Below, in pieces: positions 27,287 to 29,931 of a DNA stretch of 29,931 nt. Location: NCBI GenBank assembly GCA_041736305.1, contig JBGSTX010000204.1, positions 1 through 29,931 of the forward strand. The letters run 5' to 3'. Numbering within the stretch: position 1 is the first letter of the stretch; the number at the start of each line of letters is the position of its first letter. The notes under the pieces were generated by a model. That model was not told where the DNA came from, did no database searches, and saw nothing but the letters and a program-made list of their open reading frames with translations. The DNA is from Oligoflexus sp. (GTDB taxonomy: Bacteria > Bdellovibrionota_B > Oligoflexia > Oligoflexales > Oligoflexaceae). The position numbers and the translations under genes were made by a program.

Positions 27287-27519
27287 GCGTAAGCAGGCTC
27301 TGGATGAAGACGCCTCGCTTGGCAACGGCGAGGTCGATACCCGAGGCCGAGGTGAAAAACTGTTGGCGGATAGATTTCGTTGAGAAGCTGGTGCTCTATT
27401 TTGCCAATGGCGAGCGCTATGAGTATGTACTCCCCATAGACTCTGATGATTCCTGTCTCGACATTGAAGTGGATCCCACGGCAATATCCCAGGTTCGCTT
27501 TCTCAAGCTAGCCGTCTAG
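27283..27519 (+). CDS. Small hypothetical protein (78 aa)
   Basis: GTGA coupling with the upstream ORF; ...KLVLYFANGERYEYVLP...; contains repeat copy 2. Confidence 0.45.
   Translation: MSVSRLWMKTPRLATARSIPEAEVKNCWRIDFVEKLVLYFANGERYEYVLPIDSDDSCLDIEVDPTAISQVRFLKLAV
27383..27432 (+). repeat. 50-bp direct repeat, copy 2
   Basis: AGAAGCTGGTGCTCTATTTTGCCAATGGCGAGCGCTATGAGTATGTACTC. Confidence 0.95.
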
Positions 27520-27662
27520 AGCTTAAGAAGTCTTGTTCAAGTATAGGTGATTCAAATCTGTCCTGATCTTATGTCAACACCACTTCCTTCAAATTTACCA
27601 ACTATCAAAATCACCCTAATTCCTTTATGATTTAGAAAAATTTCTAAAGGTTTCCCTGGGAG

Positions 27663-29357
27663 GTGAATATGTCTCTGGTCAAGAACCTTTCTATCTCAAT
27701 TGCATCACTGTTTGCAGTATTTCCTAGGACAGGCAGAGCTGATGTTCGTAGTGAACTTCTCCGTCCTGATCTGCGCGAGGCAGATGAAATCTTTGCCGAG
27801 CGATCTCTTCTCATGTCCCACAGCCGCATCTTGCGACATCCTAAGGCGGGGGCTGGCGAGCCCTGGTCGTTTGGAGGAGTGATGAAAGAGCTGGCTCGTG
27901 CTCACTTTCGCAAGAAGGATGTGAGTGCCGAGGAGTTCAATGCCTTTGTCAGGCAGTGGCTTCAGAGCTTTGAGTCCCAGAGACCAGGAATACGTACACA
28001 TCTGACCTGTCTTTGGGCTCTTGGCAAAGCCGACCCTAAAGGCGATTGCAATACTGTCCTCCTTAGGCCTGAGAATGCCCCTTTCAAACTTCTGGCTGCT
28101 AATTATCGCCCAGATTTTGCAAAAGAATCCTGCGAGGGAGAAGCTGGCGAATTCCGTCTCACTTACGGACTCACGCTCGATGTGCCACGCGGTCGTCATC
28201 CTGCAGATCTTCCCGGCGAGGAGATGACTCTCATCTTTGAATACGATCTAGCCAAAGTCAACTCCCCACTCCGTCCAGGAGATTGGGCAATGAGCTTTGA
28301 AAAGTTGAGCAGCCCGGATCTCTGCAGTGACTTCTGCGGAAGCTATCTGCAACAGTTCGACCGCATCATGGAGCGAGTGACTCAGTATGATCCAAGTTCA
28401 AGCCAAAATCCTCCTATAGCTCTCGGCCAATTACGAAGCAATGAACTGGTGGGCGATCCACTCTTTACCCCTGCTTTGAGCGCGAGCCTCCGTGCAATCG
28501 CCGACAGTCTGAGCCAGTGCTATCTCGATTTAGTGCGAAGTGCCGAGAATCCCCTCTTGGGCCTGCAAGTCTGCTCTAAAAATATAGTTGTCCCCGCGGG
28601 GCCTACAGCGCAAGCGGTCCATCTCATCAAAAACGTCGTTGATACAGTCATCACACTGGCTCAAAAGCCAGGCGCGCTGCCGATTCCTAAAAACCTCGTT
28701 TCGATCTTGACTGAAGTGCTCGCTGGTGTATCAAATCGAATATTCCCACGCTGGGAAATGCGCGAAGCGGAGCTCAACTCTTTTGGACTCCAGGGGCGCA
28801 TGACCAAAGATACGCCTGACCTTCGCCTCAACAATTCGGTTCAGCTGCGGGATTTCGTCAACCAACACGAGGTCGCTATCTTAGACGGAAGCGTCAATCT
28901 CAATCTTGAAATGGATCGTCTCGGTCTGCAAAGAGATTTTCAGCCCCTCGTCAATCCTTTCGATCCCTGGCGCTTCAACAAAGTCGCTGGTCTGTCAACG
29001 GATATGGTTCAGGATGCCCGGTTACGCTCAAAATTTGCGCAGCTCACATGCGGTGGCTGTCATGCCACGCAGGCGGGCACAAATGGGTTGCTTTCCGTTC
29101 TGACCGATATCCTGACTCATGCTCCTCATACGGGAGAGCTACTCGCTTATGCGAATACGCTTTTACAAGAACATAAGGCAGCAGACCTGCACCTAGAGAA
29201 CATCGATGCTTTCTATATGATATCGCCCATACGCAATCCGGGATTCGCTGGGCAGGCTCATCTAGCTCGCTTTCTGACCAAGGATGGAGGTGACCTCGAT
29301 AAGCGCGCTGTTAAGATGCTAGAGCTAGTGGATGGAGTGGGTGCGTGTAGGCTTTAA
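27663..29357 (+). CDS. Exported uncharacterised protein with a single CxxCH (putative c-type cytochrome)
   Basis: 564-aa ORF, signal-like N terminus, TCGGCH near the C terminus; motif blocks WSFG, APFKLLA, AGEFRL, LIFEY, QLRSNE, WEMRE. Confidence 0.7.
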   Translation: MNMSLVKNLSISIASLFAVFPRTGRADVRSELLRPDLREADEIFAERSLLMSHSRILRHPKAGAGEPWSFGGVMKELARAHFRKKDVSAEEFNAFVRQWLQSFESQRPGIRTHLTCLWALGKADPKGDCNTVLLRPENAPFKLLAANYRPDFAKESCEGEAGEFRLTYGLTLDVPRGRHPADLPGEEMTLIFEYDLAKVNSPLRPGDWAMSFEKLSSPDLCSDFCGSYLQQFDRIMERVTQYDPSSSQNPPIALGQLRSNELVGDPLFTPALSASLRAIADSLSQCYLDLVRSAENPLLGLQVCSKNIVVPAGPTAQAVHLIKNVVDTVITLAQKPGALPIPKNLVSILTEVLAGVSNRIFPRWEMREAELNSFGLQGRMTKDTPDLRLNNSVQLRDFVNQHEVAILDGSVNLNLEMDRLGLQRDFQPLVNPFDPWRFNKVAGLSTDMVQDARLRSKFAQLTCGGCHATQAGTNGLLSVLTDILTHAPHTGELLAYANTLLQEHKAADLHLENIDAFYMISPIRNPGFAGQAHLARFLTKDGGDLDKRAVKMLELVDGVGACRL

Positions 29358-29419
29358 CATCCTGGACCGTAATTCTCCAGCCATAGTTCGTCCCGAGCCG
29401 GCGACCCTATCGTCGCAGG

Positions 29420-29896
29420 CTAGGGACTCAAAAGTTCAATTTGCCTTTGACAATGGAACACAAGACAAAGTCTTTCGGCTCATTTTGCGAGAACTTCTTG
29501 AGCAGCTGTGGATCCGGCCTGTGAATAATCGCTATGCGTATTTTACTTGAGAGTCAGGGGTATCCAATCTTTCCTCGGCAATGGGAGGCCTTGCCATATA
29601 GCTTATCTGCTGACGCAGGCTTTGCCGATCTTCACGGGTCACCATACGAGCTGCGTGGAGGAACAGTTGATAGCTAACAGCCTGTCCGAAAAATCCAAAA
29701 CTTCAAAGTCCTAAGACTTTTGCGTGATGTTATGCGCCTCAAGAGCCCTCATCCAACCCCTGCGGATCTTATCTTCGCGGACCTGGCTTGCTGGCAGCAA
29801 GACAATCGGTACAGCCCCCTCATCGAGGCTATACGCTGCGAGGGAAAGCTTCTTTATTCTTCTCCTGCTTTGAAGGAGGTCTCCACATGACCCCAC
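29420..29896 (-). pseudogene. Decayed IS91-like (Y2) transposase remnant
   Basis: Minus frame 29666-29532 reads LFLHAARMVTREDRQSLRQQISYMARPPIAEERL (cf. FSLHA...R..LE.L.RY..RP..A.ERL); another frame at 29482-29456 reads *AERLCLVF (cf. WA..L.RVF); several stops and frameshifts; boundaries approximate. Confidence 0.6.
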
Positions 29897-29931
29897 CGAA
29901 AGCTCGACTTTATAAAAAGGATTATGCTCTT

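Noticed and set aside
24900..27520. CRISPR array associated with IscB
   Set aside because: Only two copies of the 50-bp repeat, 2.4 kb apart; no repeat-spacer periodicity

Overview
Bacterial chromosomal window of mostly housekeeping genes; gene content loosely suggests a Bdellovibrionota/Oligoflexia- or myxobacteria-like host (inference only). Left to right: a partial DsbD-like gene, a stand-alone rplX outside the spc operon, a MauG-like diheme enzyme divergent from a caa3-type cytochrome c oxidase operon (subunits II, I, III, IV, CtaG), tRNA-Asp(GTC), an HI0933-like flavoprotein, an exported amidohydrolase, DUF2721 and groES-groEL. Next comes a rimB-rimK operon in which rimK has an in-frame TAG and is followed by a divergent diadenylate-cyclase(DAC)-fold gene, then hsp20, a Spy/CpxP-like gene, a short OPX lipoprotein, a gluQ-thiL-SprT-methyltransferase operon, murI and a thioredoxin-peptidase C13 fusion. 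The right end (about 24.9-29.9 kb) is a rearranged accessory patch: a truncated HepT with intact MntA, an IscB/omegaRNA (OMEGA) element, a 50-bp direct repeat bracketing these, an uncharacterised CxxCH protein and a decayed IS91-like transposase. The best candidate for an undescribed system is the rimB-rimK-DAC-like module. All family calls come from motif recognition by eye; no database searches were run.
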